Source: Lama glama (lineage: Eukaryota). From it: DNA of 64,000 nucleotides. Below the pieces are notes generated by a model that saw nothing but the letters and a program-made list of their open reading frames with translations, was not told the origin of the DNA and did not search any database. Below are positions 38,235 through 51,000 of this stretch, one piece after another. The stretch lies in assembly GCA_028534125.1 (NCBI GenBank), contig CM052817.1:92010001-92074000 (forward strand). Reading direction: 5' to 3'. Position numbers and translations under genes: made by a program. Position 1 is the stretch's first letter; each line of letters starts with the position of its first letter.

Positions 38235-40214
38235 TAGTAATACTTAACAGAGACAACATTTGTTGTCTCATGGTCTGATTTAAAATATTCACATCAAATT
38301 CCATTCTTCTCTACACAATAGTTGGAAAACTTGGGAGAGTTACAGACATAATCTTTAAGGTTTCCTGGGCTTTATGATATGACAATTCAGTAGGTATTTT
38401 CCAGGGGCTTTTGGGTGCCAGGCCCTTTCGTTTTGTGCTTTGGGAAATACAAAGATGAGGAAGACAGAGCTGTGGCCCTGAGAAGATTAAAATTAAGTGG
38501 AGAAGATACAGTTTCAGAATTTCTATAAAAGGGAAGTTTAGGGTTAGCAATTGGGATGGAAAGGGCACTTGGGAGACGATCTTGAAGCTGTGTTTGCATA
38601 GCAAATGCATTCGGTATGTAATTATGCTTCCATGTGAAGTGGCTTCACAGGGAGGCTGATGGGGATATTGCAGAGTGTCTAATGTCCTCCTCCGAGCGGC
38701 CCTGGGCACCACCAAGGATACACTTTGTACAACTCAAAGCTGATTAGGGAGAAAGTCTTTGGGGGCCTAGATTTCCACAGGGAGCGACTGGAGGAAGAGA
38801 AGCCTTCTGGAAGGAAGGCCCAGCTTAAGCAAAGGCACAGAAGAGAAGAAACAGAGGACACATCAGGTATCCAGGGAGAGAAGTCATAATTAATGACTTA
38901 AAAGTATGTCAAACAAGTGCAGATTTGGGGAGGAAGTTCTGAGGGATCTGGATGTGTGTTAGAACTGCTAAGGCAGGATATTCAGGGCGGTGGAGGTGGG
39001 TGTGACCCAGGGGTTTGAAGGAAGAGAATTATCAACCAGGAGGGAGGCAGGAGTAGCTGGTCCTGGCAGGTTGGTGTGGCTGCAACATGGCGCCTGTGTC
39101 TGGACAGTGAAGTTGATAAAAGCGAGATGGCTGCAAGCCCCAGAGATGGAGGCACCAAGGCAAAGTTGGCTTACCACTATGTTTCCAGCTCAAAACCCCC
39201 CAGCACAGGGCTGAACATAAAATAGGTGAGTGGTAAATAAACAGTAGCTGGTAACACTAACCTACTAACCAATGGAGGGGCAAGGCAGTGCTATAAGACG
39301 TGCTAGCCAGTCCTCGCCTTTCTTCAAACTTCTTTGCCCACTTTTAGAGCTTTAGTTTGTAATTATGTCTCCCTCCCAGAAATGAGCACAGCAGAGGATG
39401 AAGTTCTGAAGCTCACTCAAAGCACCGGGCTACCTGTAAATAGTGCTGATTTAACCTGGGAGAGATTGAAAGTGAGTGAAATGATGCCTGGAGATTATCG
39501 AATAATCAGTTTTGCTGTAAATGGTATATATGAGAACTAGTGATACTGACTGTCTTTTACCTCATGATAATAATAAAAAGATAAACTCAAAAAGCAAAAC
39601 ATTCCAGTTACTCAGCATTTGTGAAGGTTTTTCACTGGTAATTCCCTTTTGGTTAATCTGATACCCCATACTTCCCTTTATGAAAACATTTTAGTTTCGG
39701 TTCAAAAGAAAGAGAGAAAGACAAAAATCAGTATAAAAGGAGAAAAAGCATGTGGAATGAGAGAATAATGATCACTTTTCTGTGTGATATTAAGTAAGTG
39801 GACTGGATTTTTGGGCCAGTAGTCCGGGAGCATTTCAAGTATGAAAGGAAAATATCTTGAGGGAAATGGACGGTTTAACCATGAGTATCATCCTTTTGAT
39901 AGCCCACCAAAACACAAGCAAATCCAGGAAGAGATTACAGGAAACCACAACACCCTTGACTGAGAAATAAACACAGGTTATTTTTTCCAAAGGCTCATGA
40001 GCGACCAAATAATAAGCCACCTCCAAAAGGTCAGTAGAAATTTATTCAGAATCTATTGGGCACAGAACCAAAAGAAGTCTCCCTGTACCTGGACTTCACC
40101 TGGCTGCCAGACCAGTGGATGCCTCTGCTAGTTTTATCATCAAAGATAGCAAACACTTTCTGCAGAGAACTTAACTGGAATCTGTTTTGTTCTAAGGTCA
40201 GACCTACAAAGCCA

Positions 40215-40336
40215 TAATTACCCAGGTAACTTGGGCCTGATGCTGCCCAAAATACCCAGGTAATTACAGGAGAAAAGTCATTTCCTCTGGATAATCGCAA
40301 CTATACCACTGGCTGTCTACATTGGCAGTTATCCAG
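40215..40336 (-). other. Two adjacent imperfect inverted repeats (hairpins of 52 and 50 nt)
   Basis: Arms 40215-40236 and 40245-40266 (18/22 Watson-Crick; 21/22 with G-U on the minus strand); second hairpin closed by ctggataa 40287-40294 and ttatccag 40329-40336. Confidence 0.85.
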
Positions 40337-40439
40337 TTTAAGAAGAGCCTTTCATTTCACTTTGTGCTTGCACAGCCCTTGCCAAAGACGACGACATTCT
40401 TAACGGGGGATTTTTTTTTAATTGCCTTCATAAATATTT

Positions 40440-41330
40440 CTCTTCTCCTGCCCCATTCCCTAGGATGATCTGATGAATTCCTCTGCAGGACAAGATATAA
40501 AACACTCTCTGCTAACTGATACATTCAAGGAAATGCATTCTGGAATGGGAGAATAATACAGTGAGACAGAGAGGGAATGAGAGAGAAGAGGAAGAATAAA
40601 CAGAGAGGCGGCCAAGATCTGCAAAACCGTGGGGATTAAAAGATTCATAGCCGAGAGAGAAAGAGAAGAGGAGAGGAGAGAGAGAGGGGAGAGAGACAGA
40701 GAAAGAGAGAGAGAGAGAGAAGAGGAGAGGAGAGAGCCAGTGAGAGAGAGCAAAGCAGATATGCAGGTCGACAGACGTCTTATTCAGAGTTTGAGCTTTG
40801 ACAACACAGGCAGTTTGGGGGCAGAAAGAAGCGCATCTGCCCATCTGTGACTGCTCAAGAGGAGCGCCCATTCCTTTTCTTCACAAAGAAAAAAAAAATG
40901 GCATTTATCTCAAGTACAGCGAGGCATATTAGGATTCACCTCCCCCAGCCTCTCCTCTTTCTTCCTTCTTCCTCCTACAGTCTCCCTCACCACCGCCCCT
41001 TCCTGCTGGAAAAGAAAAGGTGGGAGGGGAGAGGGAGGGGGAGGAGGACCCACTGGCCACAGACAACACGGTGGGAGTCTCTTTTCTTCAGCTTTTACCA
41101 GCCTGTGGGGGTCAGGATGCTATTGGTTCAGCTTTATGTGTGATCTGGTGCCTCTCACTTAGCAACAGCGAGCAGGAGAGGCAGGAAGCGACGCCACCTG
41201 GCTCTGGCGAGTATGCGGATGGCTTAAAACGAGCCACTCACTCAGAGGGAGACAGAAGGGGAGAGAGAGAGCAGTCTGAGCTTAACATATTGTAACATTA
41301 AGAGCAAGGCTTAATCAGAGTGTTAACTAC
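40440..41330. promoter_or_regulatory. Candidate promoter / 5' UTR region
   Basis: No interspersed repeats, retained CpGs, GA tract, G4 motif 41022-41041, ATTGG near 41123, RFX-like cttagcaac, E-box cacctg. Confidence 0.35.
40653..40736. repeat. Polypurine GA-rich tract with a 21-bp direct repeat
   Basis: 84 nt with one pyrimidine; agagaagaggagaggagagag at 40662-40682 and 40716-40736. Confidence 0.95.
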
Positions 41331-43164
41331 AACCAACAGGCAGTCTATGAGGGGACACAGAGAGTGGACAGGAGCTATTTTTAATGAGTATCTAGGTCTA
41401 AATCATATACAGAAAGCCTTCATGTATATTTTTTAAAGGACAGACTACACTGTGCTGCATGGGTGGTGGGTGGGGAGAGAGATGGGTTCTCTAGGCAGAA
41501 AAAAAGAGATAAGATGAATCCAAAACTGTACAGTGAGTTTACTCAGTTTTATTTTGTTTTCACACCAGGGTGCTACTAGAAAACCAAAAGTAAAATTGGG
41601 AGTACTTGAAAAAGCAATTGGCTATGTAATCACAGGATTTTCTTTTTAAATTAGTCAACACAGCTATTTCTAAATCCTAAATTCCATTTTAGCATTTGAA
41701 AATTACCTTTCTGGAGTGGAAAGTGGCAGAAGAGAACTACATCTCTGCTAAAGAGATTTTTTTTTCTTTGCTTCCTTTGTGGTAAAAGGGAAATTTCTGA
41801 CAAGGATGCTGATAGAAGTTCTAAAAGCTCACACTGCCTGCATACAACAGGGCTCAGGGCCAATAATAACAAGGAAATGTATTCCGCTAGCCCATATTCT
41901 TTCATTTCTCTTAATAGAATTTTCCTTCCCCCTCCATCTCAGTTCCCCCACCAAACTCTAGAAAGATTCTCTCACCTATTTTCCACCTCAACTCAATCCA
42001 CCCCATCACATCAAACAGCCCAGCCTCGGACTCTAAAATACAGATGGGAGACAATCTTTCTTCCCTTCTTAGAGAAGAATGGTGCCTCTCAGTGTGGACT
42101 GGAGCCTTTCACTGGTGTCAACTGGGGCCCTGGAGACAAAGATAAGCAGCCTGGAGGGGACAGATGGACCTCTTTCTGCCCAAATACACCAGACTCAATT
42201 AACCCCTTCAGCTCTGAGCAGTAAAAGCCACTGACTACAGTGACACCTACTGCTCGGGGCACAGCTGTACAACCTGGTATCACCTATCAGGTTCTCAAAA
42301 GCACCCATTTTGCACCACTGATGTGGACTCCACTGAACACATTTCTCTCTACTCTGGGCTAACACCTCAATGAGGATGCTTTCAGCCCTTCACTCTTGGG
42401 CTGGCCTCAGCACCTGTCACTCAGGACCTCCTCAGGGGCCAGGCATCCTCACCCCTGGGCATACAAACACTCCCATGGGTAAACTGACTCATTCGAGCAG
42501 TGATTCTACACAAGAGAGAGAGAAAACAGTGTTTGATAAGAGCCCATATCTTCTTCAGAACTAATACTAAGGTGAAATCACTTTTAGTAACAGTCTTAAT
42601 TTTGATACCTGCTAAAATTATCCTAGGAAAAATGAAACTTTTATCCAGTATCCATGGAGTTTTACTCTATAGAGAAAACTATGACAGTGAAGCACTAGTA
42701 CAATAGAAGTATTTAGACACTCCACTTCTATAGTTTATTTAATAGTATGTTAATCAGTCCATGTATCTTTTACTCTGTGTGTTTAGTCAGATCCCAGAAA
42801 TTTCTTCCCATTGAGAAAAAAATCTATTTAATTATGAAAGTTAATGTTATATTTTTCTGAAAGCATAGCAAAAATGACTTTATGTTAATTACAAAAAATC
42901 TGTAAGTCTTATGATTCTTCTTTTTCAGTAATGCCAAGAGACAATGTCACTAACAGAATCCATGATTTCTCCCAAAATAGGCACTAACTTTAAAACCATA
43001 TTTAAGGTGCCAGGATCATTATAAAAGTCATGGGTCAGGAGGTACAGTTCAATTCATTTTTGGCAAAAAATATCTAATGAGTCTTCACCAAGATAGGTAC
43101 CCACTGAACAGAACACTAGTAATGCAGAAAATTCAAATGTCACTCATCCTTAAGGATGTTCAAA

Positions 43165-43358
43165 ATGCTTTGCAAAATATTCTGGTTTTTATTCCCAAAC
43201 ATCCCATTTGGAAAGTTAAGTTGTGATAGTCCCATTTCCTAACTGGGAAACAGAAGAGTCTCCCAGCTTACCCAATGTCACAGAGCAAGCCAGGGGAGGT
43301 GCTGAGATAAGAACCAGCCTTTCCTGATTTCAAGGCCATGGGCTTAGCCACTGGGCCA
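43165..43358 (-). mobile_element. MIR SINE (preceded by a minus-strand L2 tail at about 43050-43160)
   Basis: gtcccatttcctaactgggaaacaga...cttacccaatgtcacagagcaag...agaaccagcctttcctgatttcaagg. Confidence 0.7.
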
Positions 43359-44714
43359 CTAGTACCAGGCAATTCTCTGAATCACAGTGAGGTCTCTCTC
43401 ATACTCCTATGAACATCTCACCCCTGTGTGTTAATTTCTGCTACTGTCTCAGAGTTGAGATGTCATTCTACTGACATTCTCCTTAAAGTTTATTTCGTGA
43501 TCTCATTTATTGAATGCTTTCACCAAATGGGTTAAGGAAGAAAAAATTAGTGTGAGGGAGGCTTGAGTAAAACCTACCAAAAACCCAGAAATGGTTCAAA
43601 CGTACATCACATGAAAGGCTACATTTACCCTCTACCTTCTCAACTGTCTAGCGTTTTAACACTAAATGGAGTATTTAGCGAGGATATTCTGAAAAGTAGT
43701 TGGAGAGACTCACCACTGAGATACAATCCACAAGGTGGAGCTGCTCTGGGGCATCTGGCTATGTGGTCTAATTATAACACAACAGAGAAAGTTTCACTCT
43801 TTTTCACAGAAGTTCACACTGGTAGAACACAAGCCCGTACTGCGCATGCACAGTAAAGCCCTGTGCCTATGCCACGAATCACACAACCCCATATGTAGAA
43901 ATCTGCTCTGTGGGGTAAGTGGTAGAAACGGCATCCGCAAACATCCCTCACACACCTCACGTGCTTTTTTTATGAGAGGCTCCTTCCCTCCAAATATTCT
44001 TAAACCCACAACTGCTTCCCTTTAGTAGGTAAGTAAATGGTGATAAATTTGTCCTCATGATTCATTTCTTTCCCAGACTGTTTCAACACGAACCCCAAAT
44101 ATCCAGCATTAAACTAATGGACATCACTTCTGAGTTGTATACAGATAGCTGAAAACAGGCACCTAGGACTCCCCTCGTGCAAAATGTGAAAGTTGTATCT
44201 TATGAGATCAGTCATGCAAGATGCAGATGCACCTTTGAGGGGCTCCAAGTTCTGCAGATGGTAACAGAAACTGTCGGCAATAATGATGAGTGTTCCTAGT
44301 TAGGGCTGGATGGACCACCTCAAATTCGGCCAGTCTGATGCTCGCCTCTCCAAAGAGGCCCTTCCATATTCTTCACACAGCACAAAACCTGGAGGTGGGG
44401 GGCACCTGTAACGGCTCCCCACCTCATCTCCCTCAGTGACTCACCTCTTCCCCTGGACTGCTCTTTTGGAATGTCTCACATCTGACTCCCATCCCCATCT
44501 AAATTCAGGTAACCCAGGCTAGGGGCACATCACTTCACACCTGTATGCAGGGACCACACTCCAGATCCTTGGGTTTCTCCTCTGGGCTGTGTGGCTTTGA
44601 TACGCTGCCCTTTGTCCTCACGAGCAACAGTGGTTTTTATTTATTTAATTGTTTCAGGTCTAAAGAGATTTGCCATAAATGGCTCCTACAGTTCCATTTT
44701 TATAAACAAAGTAG

Positions 44715-44802
44715 AACACTAAAAATCATTCTTAGCCCACAGGCTGCACAAAAACAGGTAGTGGGGCTGTTTTGGCTCATGGGCCATAGTTTTGTGACTC
44801 CT
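44715..44802. mobile_element. hAT-Charlie MER58B-like terminal fragment
   Basis: aaaaatcattcttagcccacaggctgcacaaaaacaggtagtggggctgttttggctcatgggccatagttttgtgactcct. Confidence 0.75.
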
Positions 44803-44807
44803 AGAAT

Positions 44808-44962
44808 TTACACCAAGTGGTTAAAACTGTGGTTAGGTTGAGGGAACAGGCAGGAGAGCAAAATGTTAAGTGCTTTTTTTTCACTTTTTCATTAAGGCAT
44901 TTCTATATTATTTACCTTTTTATTACAAGCATGTACTACTTTTATGATTTGAAAAACAATAA
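44808..44962 (+). mobile_element. Old L1 (L1ME4-like) 3' terminus
   Basis: caccaagtggttaaaactgtggtta...ttacaagcatgtactacttttatgatttgaaaaacaataa. Confidence 0.6.
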
Positions 44963-45079
44963 TGGAAGACGTGATGTGATTGATTGAAAGACTTCTTCAG
45001 AGCTTTCAAGTTCCTCCATATCCTTCTTACTTAACTTTAATTTCCATCACTGTCCTCTGCATCTCTTCGTTAGTTGACT

Positions 45080-45375
45080 AAAACCATATGCCCCCCTCCT
45101 ATTTTCATGCCTTTGCTGCCTGGAAACATCATACTCACATTTCAAGGCTTACTTCCTAGTCTTAATTCCTCTTTTAAGAATTCCATACTGAAGATAGTAC
45201 AGGGAAAAACTCAGTTCCCCGATCATCACTCATCAGTTAATTTAGTGTGTGTTTGTCTTGTCTCCTAATTAGTCCATGAGTTCCCCACAGGCAGGGACCA
45301 CCTTGGAAACTTCAGTGTCCTTGTAACACCAACCAATAAGGAATCTCCACCTGGGTGTTCAACAAACACTTGACA
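45080..45375 (+). mobile_element. L2 LINE 3' end
   Basis: tgtcttgtctcctaattagtccatgagttccccacaggcagggacca...ggtgttcaacaaacacttg. Confidence 0.7.
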
Positions 45376-45439
45376 GCTTTTTGGTCGCCCTATGCTAAAA
45401 TACAACTATAGAATATCTAATAAATATTCTAGGATCAGT

Positions 45440-45681
45440 GGGCAGAAGTTAGAAAGATAGAAATTTGGCTTGATGTATGAAAACATTATTTTTTAACTTT
45501 TAAATCTGTCAAAAAATAAAATACACTGCCTCTTGAAATAACAAATTTCCTGACACTAAAAAGTATTCAAAACACAAGTGTGTGACCATCTGTCAGGGAT
45601 TCTGTAGAAGGAATTCCTGTATTATTTAGGTCAGATCACATGGGCTCTCAAGTCCCTTCTCACTCAAGAATTTGTTATTCT
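45440..45681 (+). mobile_element. CR1/L3 LINE 3' end
   Basis: aagtattcaa...tgaccatctgtcagggattctgtagaaggaattcctgtatt...ctcaagtcccttctcactcaagaatttgttattct matches the L3 terminus. Confidence 0.8.
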
Positions 45682-46869
45682 TACTGACATTATGCCTCTA
45701 CCCCAAATATCTCATTTATTTGTTAAAAGTAAGTGATTTAAAGTAACAGGGGTGACAAGTTCACAACTCAGATCATCAAAAATTCTACTTTGCCATTTGT
45801 TGCTATTCTGTGGGTATAATTGGTTTGTTTTAAGCAGGCTTAGTATTTTTCTTGATAACCACCAACAGTAATGTGAAAGACACCAGAGCAGTGAGAATTT
45901 TTGCCCCTTGTTTTAGATAGCTCCCTGGGGGTGGCTTTCTTATTGTTTTTGCTTACCCATTTATTTGCTTACTCTTTTTTATAAGGGTTGTTGGGTTGCT
46001 GTCATTAATCAGCTGTCTGAATGACAACATGTAAATCATAATCAGACCTATATTTTGCTTATCCTGCATCTAACTTTCTAGATCCTTTAGAATTCTGGGA
46101 AAATCCCAGATTTAAAACGAACTTAGAAACCTATATCCTACCACCTCTCTGGAGGTAAAAATGTAACCTCTGAGCACTCCTCTGTATTAACCAAAGTTCC
46201 AAAATGACGTGTCCTGAGTTCTTTCGGCCAGTTCCTACTGAACACCCTGGGCCAGGCAGTGCGCTAAGTCCTGGGGACAGACTCTAACCCCAAGGACTCA
46301 CACGCTCACCAAGAAAGGCCAGGGAGATGTGAAAAAGGAAAGAAATACATTGGCTGGTTTTCAGTGTCTTTAAAAGACCAACCTTTATTATTCAAAAACC
46401 TGGAAATGGAGAACTGGTGACAGGAGAGAGAATGGAAGAGCAAGAAAGGCACGTGAGAGGAAGAAAAGGAAAGAATGAGAATCAGCTGCAGCAACAGGCC
46501 ACGTGGCATTAGAGGTAAGGACAGCGAGCAGCAGACGCTGACTGAGAGGAGAGGGGGGCCGAGATGCTACCTGGTGGTTAATATCGAACCTTCCAGAAAT
46601 CACCAGGGCACCTATTTCATGTATACACAGCCCTCAGCACCACATCAACCCTGCCCTACGGTGTTCACTTTAGCAAACCAACTGGTGTTCAGAATCAGGG
46701 ATAATCTTTCTAGACTTCCGTTTCCCAAGTACTCTCTCAGGGTGTCCTGACAGAAGTTCTAAAAGCTGGGGACAATGAGCACATCTTCAGCTGATGTTCA
46801 TTTTCTTTTCAAAGTCTCCTTGAGTCATTAAGATTCAATCATGTTCTGGCCATAAAAACAAAATCAGGG

Positions 46870-47065
46870 AGTAATATTAAGAGCTTACAATATTAAGTGC
46901 TTACTGTGTGCAGGCATGAAGCCCTATTACATAGGACCCATAGTTTAGATGGAGAAACTGGGGATTAGAGAGGTTAGAAACTTGCCCAGCATCGTAAGGC
47001 TAGTGAAGAACAGAGCCAGGATTTAAACCTAAGTGGTCTAACTCCAATCCAGGGCTCTCAAGCAC
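46870..47065 (-). mobile_element. MIR SINE
   Basis: tagatggagaaactgggattagagaggttagaaacttgcccagcatc...cagagccaggatttaaacctaag. Confidence 0.85.
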
Positions 47066-47917
47066 AGAGTTAGAATGTGGTAAAATACCCTCTTGGCTTG
47101 CCTTCTCACCTTCAGGTCATGCAGGAGCTGTTTAATGTTTGAACTTCAGAGTGAGACGGTGAAAATTTACTTAACTTGTTAATAAAAGTTTGACTAAATC
47201 GTTCTTCTCCTTAGAAACAATGAACAGCATATATATGTAAATCTTAAAACAGTTTATCTCTCAAAGAGTTACTCTTCCTAGAATAAACTTTGTTTACTCC
47301 CTCAAAAAAACCAAAAACCTATGTTGAATAAAAGTGGCAACATCTGGGGAAAAAATTTTTTTTAAAGTTCTTCTCTTAAAAAAAAAAAAAAAGCAAAACC
47401 CACAATTAATAAAGACCATGTCCTAGGAATCCAAAACAAAATTTGCCCCCAAAGACTGACACAGACTCCAGGGACTATTTATTAGAGGCTTTTTTCCCTG
47501 AAATTATAGGAAAAGCAAAAATCAGCCAGTTTATTGGCATTAAAAAAAGATGTCTAAGGAACAGACTTCTTGGTCAGCAAAAAAGATAACACTTTATCTT
47601 AAGAAAAATATGGTATTCTACATAGTTGAATTATCCAGACAGTGAAGTTTAGTCACTGAAGTAAAAGCTATTCTGATGGAAATCTTTTTAAAACATGACA
47701 TACCTTATATTCACATATTCTTAAACAGAAAATATCATTTTCTTGATGATTTATTACAGGATCATCATTATGAATATTATTAGTAAGAACAGGCTGCTAT
47801 ACAATTACCTTCGAGGGGGTGGGCGGGGGCGGTATTAAACTCAGTAGAGCTCTCTGATCTTGCATTAGACCACTGGGTGACCCCAAACTGCCGTGTCTTC
47901 CAGGTCTCCAAGTCTGC

Positions 47918-48007
47918 CTTTTTTTCTTTTAAGAGGTAGTGGGGATTGAACCCAGGACCTCGAGCATGCTAAGCACATGCTCTACCCCTGAGCTACACCC
48001 ACTTGTC
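47918..48007 (-). mobile_element. tRNA-Ala-derived SINE (camelid Vic-1-like) with target-site duplication
   Basis: Minus strand GGGTGTAGCTCAGGGGTAGAGCATGTGCTTAGCATGCTCGAGGTCCTGGGTTCAATCCCCACTACCTC plus A-rich tail; A and B boxes, AGC anticodon loop; ccaagtctgc at 47908-47917 and 48008-48017. Confidence 0.9.
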
Positions 48008-51000
48008 CCAAGTCTGCTTTTTATATTCCTTTTTTTCTTACGCTGTACTTCTTGCTTTCAGGCTGCTTCTAGTGTGCTCTCTTCTTTACACACAATTGGC
48101 TTGCTGAGGACCTCACGGAGGCTCCCTACCCTCTCCAGGGTTGATTATGAAAGCTTTCCCCCAACTACCTCTCTCTGGGCTTTTTACTTATAATGTTTAT
48201 TTATTTTTTTTAACTCACTTCCAGGTTCCAGATGTTGAGGTTGATGGAAGCCTAACCTCCAATTAAATGTAGGGTTACTCTAATTTTTTCTTTTAAAAAA
48301 TATCTTTCTTGAAAACCAGAGTGTGGATTTCTGGAGAAGTTTTATTTTATTCATCTGAGAAATCAGGACCATACCCTTGTAAAATTAAATATCAACATAC
48401 AACAGAACAGGAAGGGGAAAAAAGTATGATTCTTTAAAAAAGTAAAATAGAATGTTGTTTTCCCTTAAACACATCATTTGGTTTTGGTGATAGTCCTTTG
48501 AGCTTAGAGTGTTTTTTAATTACAAATTTAAGTTACTTTGGTAAGAAAAAACCCTAATATTTGATGTAATTCTTTCATCATTCCTACTTGATTTTGGTCA
48601 ATGAATGGACAGCTAGATATCTGACATGAAATGGATGGTTATGTGTAAATATACCTGGAATTACTGTTACTATATATGTTCACAGCATTTGTATTCTGCC
48701 TGTCTCAGTTATGTTATTTCATGTTTCCATGTTTCAACATCGTGCTCCCAAGAAGGCTACGTCTTATATGTAAAATGCTGGTTATATCATCTGTTCTTCT
48801 CTGAATACTGACACTAGGATTCAGATGAAGACTGCTTTTCTCTCTGTGATTTCATGTACTGCCTAGAAATTCTAAATGGAGAGCAGAATCCGAGTTCAGT
48901 GCTTTCTAGAACAATTCCCACTATTTCTACTTGAAGTTTGTTTTCATTTTTTTTAAATTGGTCTAAAAGTAGTTGGATACGACAAAGAAACAGCTGTCAT
49001 TATTTTATCCAAAGCTTTCAGGGTGACTTTAAGCTTGGAAGTTAAAAAAAAACACCTTTCTTATCCGCTGCAATATCCTGGCATATTCACGGGAACACAG
49101 TAGGCAGTGGGTAAGCGCAGTCACAGGGTTAAGTCAGGAACACAGCAAACACTTTCTAAAGAAATGACGGTGGCAGAGGGGTTCCTTTCCCTGAAGGAAA
49201 TCACTTTCCCCTACTGGATAGTGTACTTATGGATGGAGAAGGTTTTGACATCTGGTAACGCACAGTTCCTAAGGAATGTGCTTTAGGAGCATTTAGTGCT
49301 GGGAGATGTAGGTCAAAGGAGCACAGAAGTGCTCTGACATTCTCATTATCTGACTATTAAGAGAATAAAATAAATCCTCATTATAAAATAAATGCATAAA
49401 GAAATGGGTGACTGATCAATAAAGGGAATACTGAGTGTGAACCAGAAGCCAATCTGATATAGGTCAGATTTTATAAATCTATATTGGTATATTCCCCACT
49501 GAAGGGAGCTAAATGTTATAAGGAAGGCTGGGGTAAAAATTAACGTTAGTGATTTGAAAAGTGTCTGTAAGAGTTAAAGACCAGGCTTAGAGATAAGAAA
49601 AAAATAAAAGGATTCGTTAGTTTTATAGAAATTGTTAGGGTTTCCGTGGCATTGCAATGGCAAAATCAAATATGCATCTTAGGTTTAAATCCTGGCTCTG
49701 TTCTTCACTAGCATTTAAAACATAGACAAAAATGTTTTTTTCCAACAAAATAGTTACTACGTTTAGAACTCAAAAGCTCATTAATTTTTGATATATGATG
49801 TAATCTATGAAGCAATTTCAATTTTTATTTGTATTAATAAAGATCTGGAAAAGTCTACCTGGGATTTACAAGGGCATCCAAAAAAGGGACAGTAAAGCCA
49901 TTAGAAGTCACAGACATCATTAGCACGAGCCTGAAATCAAAGTAAAAACTGTGAGCCAAGACTGGTAACTTAACCCTCATACCCTGCCTCTGCTACAGCT
50001 TAGTAACACAGATCCTAGGAAACAGTCTGAAGATTTCTTTGGACGGAGCATTAGATCAGTGCTAACATGGCCAGTCACAGCCAACGCATAGAAAGTCATT
50101 ACAAAGACACATACTAAATTAAAAGGAAAATTAAAGTCCTGCTTCTTATATGGATTTCCCCTACAGAGAGTGTCAGATCCTACATTAATGTTATAAAACA
50201 GTTTTTGAATAGCCATTGCCTACCTAAAATATCACTGTATAAATGATATTCTGGCATTCTTAAAGATTCCAGAATCTATTTAAATACAGGTACTGAATAT
50301 TTTGTATTGTTCACAGAGAAGTAAAAGGCTTGACCTATCCTTAATTACAGTATTAATACGATCATCAGCATGATCATGTGTAAACAGAAATCTAACTACA
50401 CATGCCACTGGATTTCTGCCGAGGGTCCAGGTTCCAGCTGAAATTCAATGATATCAGTAGAGACTAATCAGCTCGGCTAAATAAGCAGGGAGAATTAGCA
50501 ACTGTGGTCCCAGAAGTTTCTGTTTTTATTCCAAGTTATCAAGGAATATGATGGCTCAGATTTCGAATCATTAGTGGCGACAATAAAGCATGTGTATCTG
50601 ATGTGGATTTCTACATGGCACTCCCATGCAGAGGGGTATGAGATGGATTTTCAAAGCTCCTTCCCCTTTTTCTCCCCTACTCTCTCAGCCACCAGCACCA
50701 AACCCTAGAGCCATATTTCATTTGGTGAACACCCTGGAAACAGTCATCACTTTTTCCCAGAATTGGACTCAAAAGAAAACACCATCCCTAAGTAAGTTAA
50801 ACAGTTCAATGCACCAAGGAGATTTATCATTGAGAGAGATCTGCCTAATGAAAGTAATCCCCTGACCATGACACGGAAGACTGCATTCTCTTTCTAGTTA
50901 AAAAACATACTGCCTCTGACACAGGAGGCAGACAGCACTCAGGCACCATTAAGATTAGCAAGAAACAAAATGCTGCTCTTAGAAGGTCTGGTATGAAAGA

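Noticed and set aside
40464..40560. Plus-strand exon-like segment (DDLMNSSAGQDIK...)
   Set aside because: In-frame stop before a weak donor and no recognisable product.
40460..40753. Signal-peptide-like minus ORF (LSLSLS...MNLLIPTVLQILAASLFILPLL)
   Set aside because: The hydrophobicity comes from translating CT-rich low-complexity sequence.
47933..48000. tRNA-Ala gene
   Set aside because: Acceptor stem does not pair cleanly; the A-rich tail and TSD indicate a retroposed SINE.
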